A stretch of 64,000 nt of DNA from an uncultured Verrucomicrobiae bacterium. Its GTDB lineage: Bacteria; Verrucomicrobiota; Verrucomicrobiia; Chthoniobacterales; Terrimicrobiaceae. Made by a program: the position numbers and the translations under genes. Within the stretch, counting starts at the first letter, position 1. Each line of letters begins with the position of its first letter. Below are positions 48,001-57,234 of the stretch, in pieces. Below the pieces are notes generated by a model that had not been told where the DNA came from, did no database searches, and worked only from the letters and a program-made list of their open reading frames with translations. Where the stretch lies: assembly GCA_963706955.1 (NCBI GenBank), contig CAVPOC010000009.1, positions 1 to 64,000 of the forward strand, read 5' to 3'.

Positions 48001-48492
48001 ATGGCATTTTCGACGACTATTTCCTCGGGATCGCGATCGCTTGGCGGGCTGCTGCTTCGCGTCCCGTTCCGAGAGGTATGGCTGTCGGTGGCTCTGCTGT
48101 TGATGGTTGGCGAAAACTATCCTTTCTCGAACTTCCCAATGTATTCCCGGCTAGAAGAGGAAGCCGTTTACTTTGTGGTTTTGAATGGGCGCGGCGAGAT
48201 GCTCCCCTACGTCACGACCTTCCGCTCGCGCTCGACATACGTTCCCAAGGCTTTGAAGGCTGAACGGCGAAAGCTCGAAAATGAAGGCCTGAGTTCTGAT
48301 GCCGCTCTCGCGCAAGCGGGCAGAAATGTTCTTTGGTACCTGATCCAGAGGGCGGAGCCACAGAAACGAGCCGATCTCTTGCGAGATGGCTTGAGACTGA
48401 TTGAAGTGCGAATCTCTGTGGAGGATTCGCGTCTCAAGGAAGACGAGATGCTGGTCGCGGAGATCCTTCCTGGTGCTGATGAAGTTCGATAG
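48001..48492 (+). CDS. Membrane-anchored hypothetical protein
   Basis: One TM followed by ENYPFSNFPMYS; overlaps the next gene. Confidence 0.65.
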   Translation: MAFSTTISSGSRSLGGLLLRVPFREVWLSVALLLMVGENYPFSNFPMYSRLEEEAVYFVVLNGRGEMLPYVTTFRSRSTYVPKALKAERRKLENEGLSSDAALAQAGRNVLWYLIQRAEPQKRADLLRDGLRLIEVRISVEDSRLKEDEMLVAEILPGADEVR

Positions 48493-49420
48493 TCAAATTG
48501 TTCCGCATTCGAGCTGGGAGATGGTATTCATGCGGATTGCCTTCATCGCAATGGTTTGGCAAAGCGTTCCCTCCTTTTACTATCCCGCTACGCTGTCGCA
48601 TCCGAGTGGTCTGGCACGTTTTCTGGACCTGACCTTTCTCATGAATCCCGAAATACTGGGAACCCTTCGCGGATTGCTGGCCGTCGCGCTCGTCTTCTAC
48701 GCCGCGGGATTTTTGATGTTCGTTTCACTCACTTTCATGACGTTCTTGCTGTCGGCGTGCGGATCGTTCGAAAATTCGCAGGGGGCCATCAACCACACAC
48801 TTCAGCCACTTGCCTTGGTGGCGTTGGCCCAATGGGGCGTGGCCGGATATTCGGTGGTTCGCAATCGGGTGGTCGATAAGCGAGCCTTGTTTCCGATGGC
48901 CACCGCCGAAACGCACCGCCGCCTCGTGCATGCAGCAAAAGTTGCTCTGGTTTCGTGCTACGTCACCTCCGCGATCACCAAGCTGGAGCGCAGTGAAGGT
49001 GAGTGGCTCCAGAGAACGCCAAACCTCGCCGTGGCTATTGCCAAGACCAATACGAAATCCTATCTCAACATCCAGGAACCGGTGGATCACCTTGCCAAGG
49101 CAGTCCCCCAGTTCATCATCGATCACCCAAATGTTACCCGAGTGTTTTTCGGTTTAGGCTTTGCGCTGGAGCTGTTCTCATTTCTAGCCCTGCTGGGTCG
49201 ATGGCCAGCGGTTTTGATTGGAGTAAGCCTGATTCTTATGCACGACATGATCGCTCGCGTTATGGACTTACATTTTGCCATTTTCGAGCGGTTGGCATTA
49301 ATTTTTCTGGTCAACGTTCCGTGGTTGGCAGCGCTTGCCATCGCAGCAATCTGGAACCTGAGCGCGCGGTCGATGCGAGGACGTCCCAGTCAACGCAACG
49401 AGCCGGCGAGCATTTCATAG
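48479..49420 (+). CDS. Multi-pass membrane protein, HTTM-like
   Basis: About 7 TMs; GAINH, YVTSAITKL...GEW, LELF, HDMI motifs resembling HTTM-domain proteins. Confidence 0.65.
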   Translation: MKFDSQIVPHSSWEMVFMRIAFIAMVWQSVPSFYYPATLSHPSGLARFLDLTFLMNPEILGTLRGLLAVALVFYAAGFLMFVSLTFMTFLLSACGSFENSQGAINHTLQPLALVALAQWGVAGYSVVRNRVVDKRALFPMATAETHRRLVHAAKVALVSCYVTSAITKLERSEGEWLQRTPNLAVAIAKTNTKSYLNIQEPVDHLAKAVPQFIIDHPNVTRVFFGLGFALELFSFLALLGRWPAVLIGVSLILMHDMIARVMDLHFAIFERLALIFLVNVPWLAALAIAAIWNLSARSMRGRPSQRNEPASIS

Positions 49421-49881
49421 ACCTCATTCTGGACAGCGGAAAGTTGGTCTAACGAAAGTCGAGGATTCGGCACTACGATCGACTCACCCGTGCCGGCATG
49501 CTCGTAAACGAGCAAGCTTTCATCGCTCGATTCGATTGGACGTAGGATTCGTTTTCGCTCGAGGATCAGCGCGAGAATATAGCGGGCATTTACCGTTGCG
49601 GGTTCCGCCTCTGAGACGAGGCGTCGGAGCAGGTTTTCTGCATCCTCTTTGCGAAGCGGTTCGGAAGGGGGCGGTTGAGGCGCTTCGTACTTCGAACGCC
49701 AGAATGAAAACGGCTGGATGTTTTCGTTTCGTTCCCTCCAGGCCTCTTCGCTGAGATCCTCTCGCCGAAAGCCATCCCCATCACGGAAGAGCAACGTGTA
49801 GAAGCATTCACCCTCTTCGAACGGTTTGCCTGTTCGCGCACAAAATCGCGCACGGGATTTGATTTCCCACTCGCCTTCCAT
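49390..49881 (-). CDS. Conserved hypothetical protein
   Basis: 163-aa ORF starting 1 nt after the LptF/G stop; W.IK...C..TG..F, FSFW, LALILERKRIL. Confidence 0.75.
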   Translation of the reverse strand: MEGEWEIKSRARFCARTGKPFEEGECFYTLLFRDGDGFRREDLSEEAWRERNENIQPFSFWRSKYEAPQPPPSEPLRKEDAENLLRRLVSEAEPATVNARYILALILERKRILRPIESSDESLLVYEHAGTGESIVVPNPRLSLDQLSAVQNEVYEMLAGSLR

Positions 49882-49882
49882 T

Positions 49883-51013
49883 CTAGCTTGTCCAGGGAAG
49901 TCTCAGCTTGGGAAGCTCGCGGTTGGTCGACCTGAACCAGAGGAGACCCAGACCGATGAGGAAAAAAACCGCCATCGGTGCCCACGTCGCCACCCATGGC
50001 GCGATGCGATTTCCTTTTCCGAGCGCAACGAAGAGGCTACTAAAGAAGACGAGGGAAAAAAACAGCCCGATCGCCAGGGCAACTCCGCCGAGTATCCCTC
50101 GACGGTTATAAACAATTCCAAGCGGAGCCGCGATGAAGACGACGAGCAAGCACACCCACGGCAAGGCCCATCGGTAGTGGAGCTGCGTGCGATACGGCGC
50201 GAGGCGCACTTCCGGAAAGTCCTGGTTGTAGGCAAGGTAATCTTCGAGTTCCGGGACTGAAAGGTAGTCCGGGTTCATGACTGAGCTCGCGATCCTCCAG
50301 GGAGTTTCGCGCCACCCTTGGATCTCAAGGTCGTCCAGCAGTTGCGAGGTCGAAATACGCCCATCAAGCCCAATTTCGACGTAGCGCGCTCTATCCAAGT
50401 TCCAGCTTTGGGTAATCGCATTGTAATGGGCTTCACGGGCATACCATTGTTTAATGATATTTCCCTCCGAATCTTGCTGGACGATCTGCACATCAATCAG
50501 CCGCTGGCTGTCCGCATAGATCTTCCGCATGAACCAGGTGCGTAGATCTTCGCGATTCCGATACAGGTGGCCGGTGAGTCCGACTTCGCTCGTTTTGCCG
50601 CGCTTGATGTCCCTGAGCATACGCTTCTTGATCATCGCGGCATGGGGTGCGCTTTCGTAATTAAAGTACGCGGTAATTGCCACGAGTAGTGCACCGACCA
50701 GCATCAACGGCACCAGGACGCGCGTAACGCTAACACCAGCTCCCAGCATCGAAATGATCTCGTTTGAGCGGGACATCGCCGTAAGCGAATAGAGCAAGGC
50801 AAGTAACGCGCCGATGGGAAGTGACACCACGATGATCTCGGGGATTTGCGATTTGTAGTATTCAGTCAGGATGTCGAACCCGACCTTGCCTTGAAGAAAA
50901 TCCGGAAGATTGTCGCTAAGGTCGAAGATAAACCAGATCGCGATGAAGCCGAGAACGCAATACACGAACGGCAGGAAGAACTTTTGCAGCACGTAGCGGT
51001 CGAGTATCTTCAT
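49883..51013 (-). CDS. LPS export permease, LptF/LptG family
   Basis: MKILDRY, SNEIISMLGAGVS, 6-TM layout with a periplasmic jellyroll, PWVATWAP. Confidence 0.92.
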   Translation of the reverse strand: MKILDRYVLQKFFLPFVYCVLGFIAIWFIFDLSDNLPDFLQGKVGFDILTEYYKSQIPEIIVVSLPIGALLALLYSLTAMSRSNEIISMLGAGVSVTRVLVPLMLVGALLVAITAYFNYESAPHAAMIKKRMLRDIKRGKTSEVGLTGHLYRNREDLRTWFMRKIYADSQRLIDVQIVQQDSEGNIIKQWYAREAHYNAITQSWNLDRARYVEIGLDGRISTSQLLDDLEIQGWRETPWRIASSVMNPDYLSVPELEDYLAYNQDFPEVRLAPYRTQLHYRWALPWVCLLVVFIAAPLGIVYNRRGILGGVALAIGLFFSLVFFSSLFVALGKGNRIAPWVATWAPMAVFFLIGLGLLWFRSTNRELPKLRLPWTS

Positions 51014-51076
51014 CAAGTTAAGCCCTCAATCAGTAATGTTCGCCTTTGATTCCGTCAACAAGCCACCATCTTTCTC

Positions 51077-53074
51077 ATGATCTCTTTGAGGGAAGATGTC
51101 GGTGGGCGGTGGCGCAGTTCCTTCGAGGCGGAGGTCGAGAAAATATTCTCGCCGGGAGGGCTGCTTTCAAGCGCGTCCAACTACGAGTATCGCCCCGAGC
51201 AGCAGCAAATGGCCTGCAATGTGGCGCACGCTCTTGAGTCGGCCGAGGACCTCGTCATTGAAGCTGGCACCGGGGTCGGAAAGTCGCTTGCCTATCTGAT
51301 ACCAGCCGCTCTCCATGCCGTGCGCACCAAGAGCAAGGCGGTCATCTCTACCCACACGATCGCGCTCCAAGAGCAACTTATCTACAAGGATATCCCTCTT
51401 GTTCAGAAGCTGCTGCCGATCGAATTTGAAGCCGTTCTGCTCAAGGGCCGGCATAATTTTCTTTGCGGAACCCGTCTGGAACGTGCTCTCGCGCAGGCAA
51501 GCGACCTCTTTACGTCCGGGCAGCGGACCGAGCTTGAGCGAATCCGGGAATGGAGTCTCACGACCAGCAATGGTTCGCTGAGTGATTTCGAGGTCCAGCC
51601 GGATCCTGAGGTCTGGGAGGAGGTGAGAAGCGAAGAGCATGTCTGTACTCAGAAGACATGCGCGAAAAATCCGCGCTGTTTCTATCAGGCGATGCGTCGG
51701 AGGGTGAGTGGAGCCGACATGGTCGTCCTCAATCACGCGCTCTTCTTTACTCTGTTGGGCGGCACGGTCGATCTCGAGGAGCGCGGGCACGGAGTCCTTT
51801 TCGCGAAGGATTTTGTTATCCTGGATGAAGCGCACACGATTGAAGATGTCGCTTCTCGACACATCGGCTTGGAGGTCTCCCAACTTGGCCTACGGCGGTC
51901 TTTACACCGACTCTATAACCCCCGGTCAAAGAAGGGTCTTTTCCAAGCCATGAAGAATGGGCCGGCCTGTCACGTGGTCGCCGAACTGATCCCGAAGAGC
52001 GACACATTCTTCTCCGACGTTTCGGCGGCCTGCGTTTTCAAGCGGGGACGCGCCTATCGCGTTCGCGAGCCCGGGCTCGCCGACGCTTCAGAGCTAAGCG
52101 GGGGACTCACCCGCCTAAGCGAGTTGCTCAAGATTGCAGGTGCGAAGGAAAGTAACGAGAATCGTCGGAGCGAACTCGAGGAGGCGGCGAGCCGCTTGCA
52201 AGAAGCTAGGTTCGCGATTGAGAATTTCCTTGGGATCGAGAGTGCCGATCACGCCTACTGGGTCGAGCAATACGGTCGTAACGATGCCTGGTGTGCTTTG
52301 CACGCCGCTCCAATTCAGGCGGCCGAGATTCTTCGCCGTCTGATCTTCCGCGAACACACCTCGACGATCCTGACCAGCGCCACCCTGTCGGTTGGGGGCA
52401 AGGACCTCGCCTATTTTAGAAATCGAGTGGGAGCAATGGATTGCCGGGCCGTCCAGATAGGTAGTCCATTCGACTATATGAGGCAGATGCGCTTCCACGT
52501 GGTCAAGGCTATGCCCGAGCCGAAGGATGCCGCATACGCCGCTGCCTTGGAGAAATGGATCGCCTACTTCGTGGACCAAAGTCGGGCCCGAGCTTTCGTG
52601 CTTTTCACCAGTTATCAGTCGATGCGGACCGCGGCTCAAGCACTCGAGCCACGTTTCCTTGCCAAGGGCTGGAACCTGCTTGTGCAGGGAAATGGAATGC
52701 CAGCCTTACGGATGCTCCGCGAATTCCGGAACGATCCGCAAGCGATTCTCTTTGGGGTAGACAGCTTCTGGAGCGGTGTCGATGTGCCGGGCGAAGCGCT
52801 TTCCAGCGTCATCATTACGCGACTGCCGTTTGTCACGCCAGACCATCCTCTTACCGAGGCCCGGCTGGAACGCATCGAGATGGAGGGAGGCCGGCCTTTT
52901 GAAAAATACTCACTTCCCGAAGCGATTCTGAAGCTTCGCCAGGGAGTTGGCCGTCTCATCCGCACCAAATCAGATACCGGCACGATCGTGATCCTCGACA
53001 GTCGAATTCTGAGCAAACCCTACGGGCGCGCCTTTCTCCGCGCCCTGCCGGAATGTCCGATCCAGATCCACTGA
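51077..53074 (+). CDS. DinG/YoaA-family Fe-S ATP-dependent helicase
   Basis: RPEQ, EAGTGVGKS, LQEQL, KGR.NFLC, DEAH, TSATL, LFTSY, GVDVPG, QGVGRLIR. Confidence 0.95.
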   Translation: MISLREDVGGRWRSSFEAEVEKIFSPGGLLSSASNYEYRPEQQQMACNVAHALESAEDLVIEAGTGVGKSLAYLIPAALHAVRTKSKAVISTHTIALQEQLIYKDIPLVQKLLPIEFEAVLLKGRHNFLCGTRLERALAQASDLFTSGQRTELERIREWSLTTSNGSLSDFEVQPDPEVWEEVRSEEHVCTQKTCAKNPRCFYQAMRRRVSGADMVVLNHALFFTLLGGTVDLEERGHGVLFAKDFVILDEAHTIEDVASRHIGLEVSQLGLRRSLHRLYNPRSKKGLFQAMKNGPACHVVAELIPKSDTFFSDVSAACVFKRGRAYRVREPGLADASELSGGLTRLSELLKIAGAKESNENRRSELEEAASRLQEARFAIENFLGIESADHAYWVEQYGRNDAWCALHAAPIQAAEILRRLIFREHTSTILTSATLSVGGKDLAYFRNRVGAMDCRAVQIGSPFDYMRQMRFHVVKAMPEPKDAAYAAALEKWIAYFVDQSRARAFVLFTSYQSMRTAAQALEPRFLAKGWNLLVQGNGMPALRMLREFRNDPQAILFGVDSFWSGVDVPGEALSSVIITRLPFVTPDHPLTEARLERIEMEGGRPFEKYSLPEAILKLRQGVGRLIRTKSDTGTIVILDSRILSKPYGRAFLRALPECPIQIH

Positions 53075-53745
53075 GTCGCGCGAAAGGCAGCAAGTTCGGC
53101 TGTCTTAGCATTTTCGGCTGGGTGATCTTGGCGGCGGCCTTGACGGTTGCTCTGACGCTTTTGCTTTTTTGGAGAATGGGCGCAGAAGTCACGCAAGAAG
53201 CGCGCCGCATGGCTGAATCTTTGGCCAGTGATTTCGACCAGGTCTTCCAGTTCACGCCGCAGATCAGCGTTGATTCGGTCGTAGTGGTCGCCGCAAACAC
53301 GCCCGTGCTGGAGTTGGTGACCACACAAAGGGAGCTGCTGGTGCGTCACCGTTGGTCGCATACCTGGCTTCACAGCACCAAGAACCTCGAAGTGGAGGCC
53401 ACTTTCACGGCGAAGGCCGGCTTCGACCTTAAGGAGCCGTTTCGGATCAATATTGATCCGCGAACCGGTTATATCAGTGCGGAGCTGCCCCCGCCAAAAC
53501 TGCTATCCATGGGCATGAACGACGTTCGCGTCCTTCAGGACGAAGATGGATTTTGGAACAAATTGACCGCCGAAGACCGACAGACAGCCTTTCGTGCCCT
53601 GGAAGACAAAGCTCGGAAGAAAATCGCCAATTCAAAGCTCCTTCCCGAGGCCAGGCTCGAGGCTGAAAAGCAAGTTCGCGAGCTGATCGAAAAGACCAGA
53701 AATGCCACCAGCTCACCGACGCGTCCAACAGAACCGCTCCCCTAA
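53053..53745 (+). CDS. DUF4230-like membrane-anchored protein
   Basis: N-terminal TM; AKAGFDL...LPPPKLLS pattern. Confidence 0.7.
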   Translation: MSDPDPLSRAKGSKFGCLSIFGWVILAAALTVALTLLLFWRMGAEVTQEARRMAESLASDFDQVFQFTPQISVDSVVVVAANTPVLELVTTQRELLVRHRWSHTWLHSTKNLEVEATFTAKAGFDLKEPFRINIDPRTGYISAELPPPKLLSMGMNDVRVLQDEDGFWNKLTAEDRQTAFRALEDKARKKIANSKLLPEARLEAEKQVRELIEKTRNATSSPTRPTEPLP

Positions 53746-53758
53746 AGAGCTGAGAATC

Positions 53759-54916
53759 TCACGCAAGTTCTACCCGCAGGATCCCCGCGATTCGGTCCAT
53801 CTCCTCTCGCGTGTTGTAGAAGTGCATGCTAAAACGCAGCCACTGTCCGCTGTCGCGCGCCATACGCAGCGAAGCGGTCACCTTTCCTTTCTCAAGCGCG
53901 GCGAACAGCGCGCTGATTTCTCGTCTTGGGTGACGCGCCGTGACTATTCCAGAACGCAATGCTTCGTCGCACGAGGGGGAAAGAAACTCGAAGCCCATTG
54001 CCGCCAACAGTTCATGAAGGTAGTCCCGCACATCGAGGATTGCCGCGGAAACACGCTGCCAGCCGATCTCTTGGAGCATTTCCAAGCTAGCACGCATCCC
54101 ATATGCACCAGTCACGTTGAGGACCCCTGGCTCATAGCGTTGCGCGGTCTCATGGTATTTCAGGGCCTCCTGCGCAAGAAATTGGGGTGCGCTTACATTC
54201 CAGGCACCCAGCAACGTTGGACGGCAAATCTCGAAGTTTCTCTTGGCGACAAAGACGATCCCAATCGCCATCGGACCAAGCATCCACTTGTGAGCATCCG
54301 CACTCAGGAAATCCACAAACTTAACGTCTAAAGGAAAGGCCCCGAGCGTCTGGATGGCATCGACCGAGAAGAGCACGCCACGCTCGTGAAGGAGCGCACC
54401 GATCGCTTCAACGTCAATCCGCCAACCGGACAGATAGTGGCAGGATGCCAGGGCGACCAGCCGCGTTCGCGACGACAGTTCTCGCTCGATCAATTCAGGA
54501 GTGATGAGCCCTGGCTTTTCCGGAGAGATACGGCGAATGCTCACTCCTTGCGAGATCAGGGCCATCCAAGGGTAAACATTGGAGGGATAATCATCCTGGT
54601 AGATGACGACCTCATCGCCAGGGTGCCATGAGAGACCGTTCGCGAAGAGGCTCAACCCCAGCGAAGTGGGCCCCAGCAGCGCAACCTCGGACTTATCCGC
54701 GCCGATTAGGTCGGCAGCGACTCTGCGAGTGTGATCGATGTTTCGCAAGACCTCGCCGAATTCCTGATGATTTTCGCAGCTCGCCTGCACGTGGGCGATC
54801 ATCGCATCCGCGGCGCATTTCGGAAGCGGCGTAACCCCCGCATGCGCGACAAAGATCTGCTTCTTGGCGACAGGAAAGCGTTCGAGGCGCTCAGCCTCGG
54901 TCGCAAACAGAGTCAT
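53759..54916 (-). CDS. Class V PLP enzyme (C-S lyase / isopenicillin-epimerase-like)
   Basis: HAGVTP, YPSN, DAIQTLG, ADAHKWMLGP, RYEPG, RFSMHFYN. Confidence 0.88.
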   Translation of the reverse strand: MTLFATEAERLERFPVAKKQIFVAHAGVTPLPKCAADAMIAHVQASCENHQEFGEVLRNIDHTRRVAADLIGADKSEVALLGPTSLGLSLFANGLSWHPGDEVVIYQDDYPSNVYPWMALISQGVSIRRISPEKPGLITPELIERELSSRTRLVALASCHYLSGWRIDVEAIGALLHERGVLFSVDAIQTLGAFPLDVKFVDFLSADAHKWMLGPMAIGIVFVAKRNFEICRPTLLGAWNVSAPQFLAQEALKYHETAQRYEPGVLNVTGAYGMRASLEMLQEIGWQRVSAAILDVRDYLHELLAAMGFEFLSPSCDEALRSGIVTARHPRREISALFAALEKGKVTASLRMARDSGQWLRFSMHFYNTREEMDRIAGILRVELA

Positions 54917-55272
54917 GGTTTCTTTTCCGCCTCTTCAATGAGCTTCCAGAATTCCTTCGCACTGGCGAGTTGCTCGTCTTCCTCATCCATCGGCAGATTG
55001 GAACGATAGAGGAAGTCCCGAATGGTATTCTTGTGAAGGACCCGATGAACTAGAACTCCCTCCGGATGCCTCTCGAAGTAGATACGATAGTCTTTGGCGC
55101 GGCAACGGTGCAACAAGCGGCCTCCTCGCTGGACCCTGCCAAAGCGGCTGGAATCGAGGTTGTCCAGGTCTTCGGGAAGCAAGTGGAACTCCGATAGCAA
55201 ATCGAGCTGCAGTTCCTTCGGCAGAGCCGCCATTTCTGCTGCGCTGATTGCATTGAATATCATCTGAAACAC
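54913..55272 (-). CDS. RelE/ParE-fold protein with acidic C-terminal extension
   Basis: F..IF...S..E...LP N-terminus and RCRAKDYRIYF...V.VHRVLHK, typical of the RelE/ParE fold. Confidence 0.65.
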   Translation of the reverse strand: MFQMIFNAISAAEMAALPKELQLDLLSEFHLLPEDLDNLDSSRFGRVQRGGRLLHRCRAKDYRIYFERHPEGVLVHRVLHKNTIRDFLYRSNLPMDEEDEQLASAKEFWKLIEEAEKKP

Positions 55273-55351
55273 GGTCGCCCATCACGAATGGTCAGGGAAC
55301 GAGAATCAAGACTCTATTGCACCGGGTGCCGAGAAACTCACGCCTGCCAGT

Positions 55352-56248
55352 TTATGCACGTAGCGAGCTCGTCACCGCGGCAAAGCTCGGCGCCGCGAGC
55401 TCACAGGCGAGTCGAATTGCCGCGATCATGCTCGCCGGACGAGCAATGCCCTTTCCCGCTATCTCAAAAGCTGTTCCGTGATCCGGACTCGTTCTGGGAA
55501 ACGGCAATCCCAACGTGACGTTTACTCCCTCGTCGAAGGCGTGGAGTTTCAGAGGGATTAAGCCCTGATCGTGATACATGCAGAGAACGGCATCGAACTC
55601 CCCCTGGACGACCCGGTGGAAAAGCGTGTCGGCTGAGTGCGGTCCTGAAATCGCGACCGCAGCCTTCAACGATTGACGAAGGGATTGGACCGCTGGAGTA
55701 ATGATCTCGATCTCCTCTGACCCCAAATCGCCACCCTCGCCAGCGTGAGGGTTGAGGCCGGCGACGGCGATGCGAGGACGCGGGACGCCCCGACGGACAA
55801 GGAAGGCCGCGAGAAGTTGTCCGACTCTCACGATCTCCGATCGCGTGAGAATGCGGGAAACGTCAACCAGCGGAACATGCGCAGTGACCAGCGCGACAGT
55901 GATTTTGTTCCCGGTGAGACACATCGCAAAATCATCTACCCCGCAACGGGTGGCAAAGAACTCTGTTTGGCCGGGAAAGGCAAAGCCGGCGTCGTGCAGC
56001 CATTTCTTAGATACGGGACCGGTGACCACCGCCTGGATTTCTCCAGACTTGGCGAGCGCCACCGATTCTTCGAGCGCTTCGATCGCATGTCGTGCAGAAG
56101 CAAGCCCGGGTTTACCGGGTGCAAATGCTTCGCTAACGCCGATAACCAGGTATTCGACCGCCGAGGGCAGGAGTGAGCTTTCCAAAGCGGCCCCGACGAT
56201 TTCTGGTCCGATTCCGGCAGGATCGCCGCAGGTGATCCCGACCTTCAC
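55352..56248 (-). CDS. pdxA: 4-hydroxythreonine-4-phosphate dehydrogenase
   Basis: GDPAGIGPE, FPGQTE, GLNPHAGE, MYHDQG, RTSPDHGTA. Confidence 0.96.
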   Translation of the reverse strand: MKVGITCGDPAGIGPEIVGAALESSLLPSAVEYLVIGVSEAFAPGKPGLASARHAIEALEESVALAKSGEIQAVVTGPVSKKWLHDAGFAFPGQTEFFATRCGVDDFAMCLTGNKITVALVTAHVPLVDVSRILTRSEIVRVGQLLAAFLVRRGVPRPRIAVAGLNPHAGEGGDLGSEEIEIITPAVQSLRQSLKAAVAISGPHSADTLFHRVVQGEFDAVLCMYHDQGLIPLKLHAFDEGVNVTLGLPFPRTSPDHGTAFEIAGKGIARPASMIAAIRLACELAAPSFAAVTSSLRA

Positions 56249-56250
56249 CC

Positions 56251-57234
56251 TTAAGAGAGTATCTTGATATATGCCTTCTGACGCAGCGTATCCAACCAGC
56301 GTTCCTGGGCTTTGGTGCGTTCCTGTTGAATCAGATTTTTTTCGATTTCGTCACGAACGTCGCCGATCGGCTTGATGGTCGCATTGCGCTTCGCTTCGAC
56401 CATGATGATGTAATAGGTTTTGTCGATCCCTATGACCGGGCTCACCTCGCCAGGGCGTAGCGAAAAGGCCACGTTGGTCAGCTTCTCGTTAAGGGTATTG
56501 CGCTCAATCCAGCCCCAATCTCCCCCGGCTTGCTGCGTCGTCTCATCTTCCGAATACATCTCCGCCATTCGATCAAATTCGGCACCCTTCGCGACTTTGT
56601 CGCGAATCTCCTCGGCGAGCTCTTTCTTGCTACCAATGTCCGGAACATCGCCGGACGATCCCTCGCGAACGACGATCATGCGCAATTTGACCTGTTCAGG
56701 CGTAGCGTAAGCCGGCTTATTCTTTTCGTAGTAGGCTTGGATCTGCGTGGGAGAGATGACAAAGTTATTATCGACCTTCTGCTGACGCATCGCCTGGATA
56801 ACAATCTTTTCTCTCTCGATCTCCTTAAACTGAGTCAGAGTAAAACCTTGAGCCTGCAAAGTTCTCACAAAGGCCGCCCTGTCCCCGCCAAACTCTTGGC
56901 GAATAATGGCCTGAATCCTGTCATCGACGATATAGTCGGGGATGGCTGCGCCTTTCTCCTGCAGTTTCTTGAACTCCTGCAATATCAGCTGGCGGTCAAT
57001 GAGGTCCTTGATAGCCGAAAGGCGCATCTCCTTGAGCTTGTTCTCGAGTTCAGCGCCGCTGTAGATTTCGCGCAGCGAGCGCTCCCGTGCGCCGATGAGA
57101 TCACGGACCTGGGAAATCGTGACAACATCGTTGTTCACGATGGCGGCAATGCCATCAATCACCTCTACTTTCTGCGGAAGCGCCTTGCCTGAAAGTGTAA
57201 ATATCAGGGCGAGGAAAACTACGGCGCGTCTCAT
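56251..57234 (-). CDS. surA: SurA-like periplasmic chaperone / PpiC-type PPIase
   Basis: DGIAAIVNNDVVT, single rotamase domain (YSED...GGDWGW...GEVSP); mfd-surA-pdxA synteny. Confidence 0.85.
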   Translation of the reverse strand: MRRAVVFLALIFTLSGKALPQKVEVIDGIAAIVNNDVVTISQVRDLIGARERSLREIYSGAELENKLKEMRLSAIKDLIDRQLILQEFKKLQEKGAAIPDYIVDDRIQAIIRQEFGGDRAAFVRTLQAQGFTLTQFKEIEREKIVIQAMRQQKVDNNFVISPTQIQAYYEKNKPAYATPEQVKLRMIVVREGSSGDVPDIGSKKELAEEIRDKVAKGAEFDRMAEMYSEDETTQQAGGDWGWIERNTLNEKLTNVAFSLRPGEVSPVIGIDKTYYIIMVEAKRNATIKPIGDVRDEIEKNLIQQERTKAQERWLDTLRQKAYIKILS

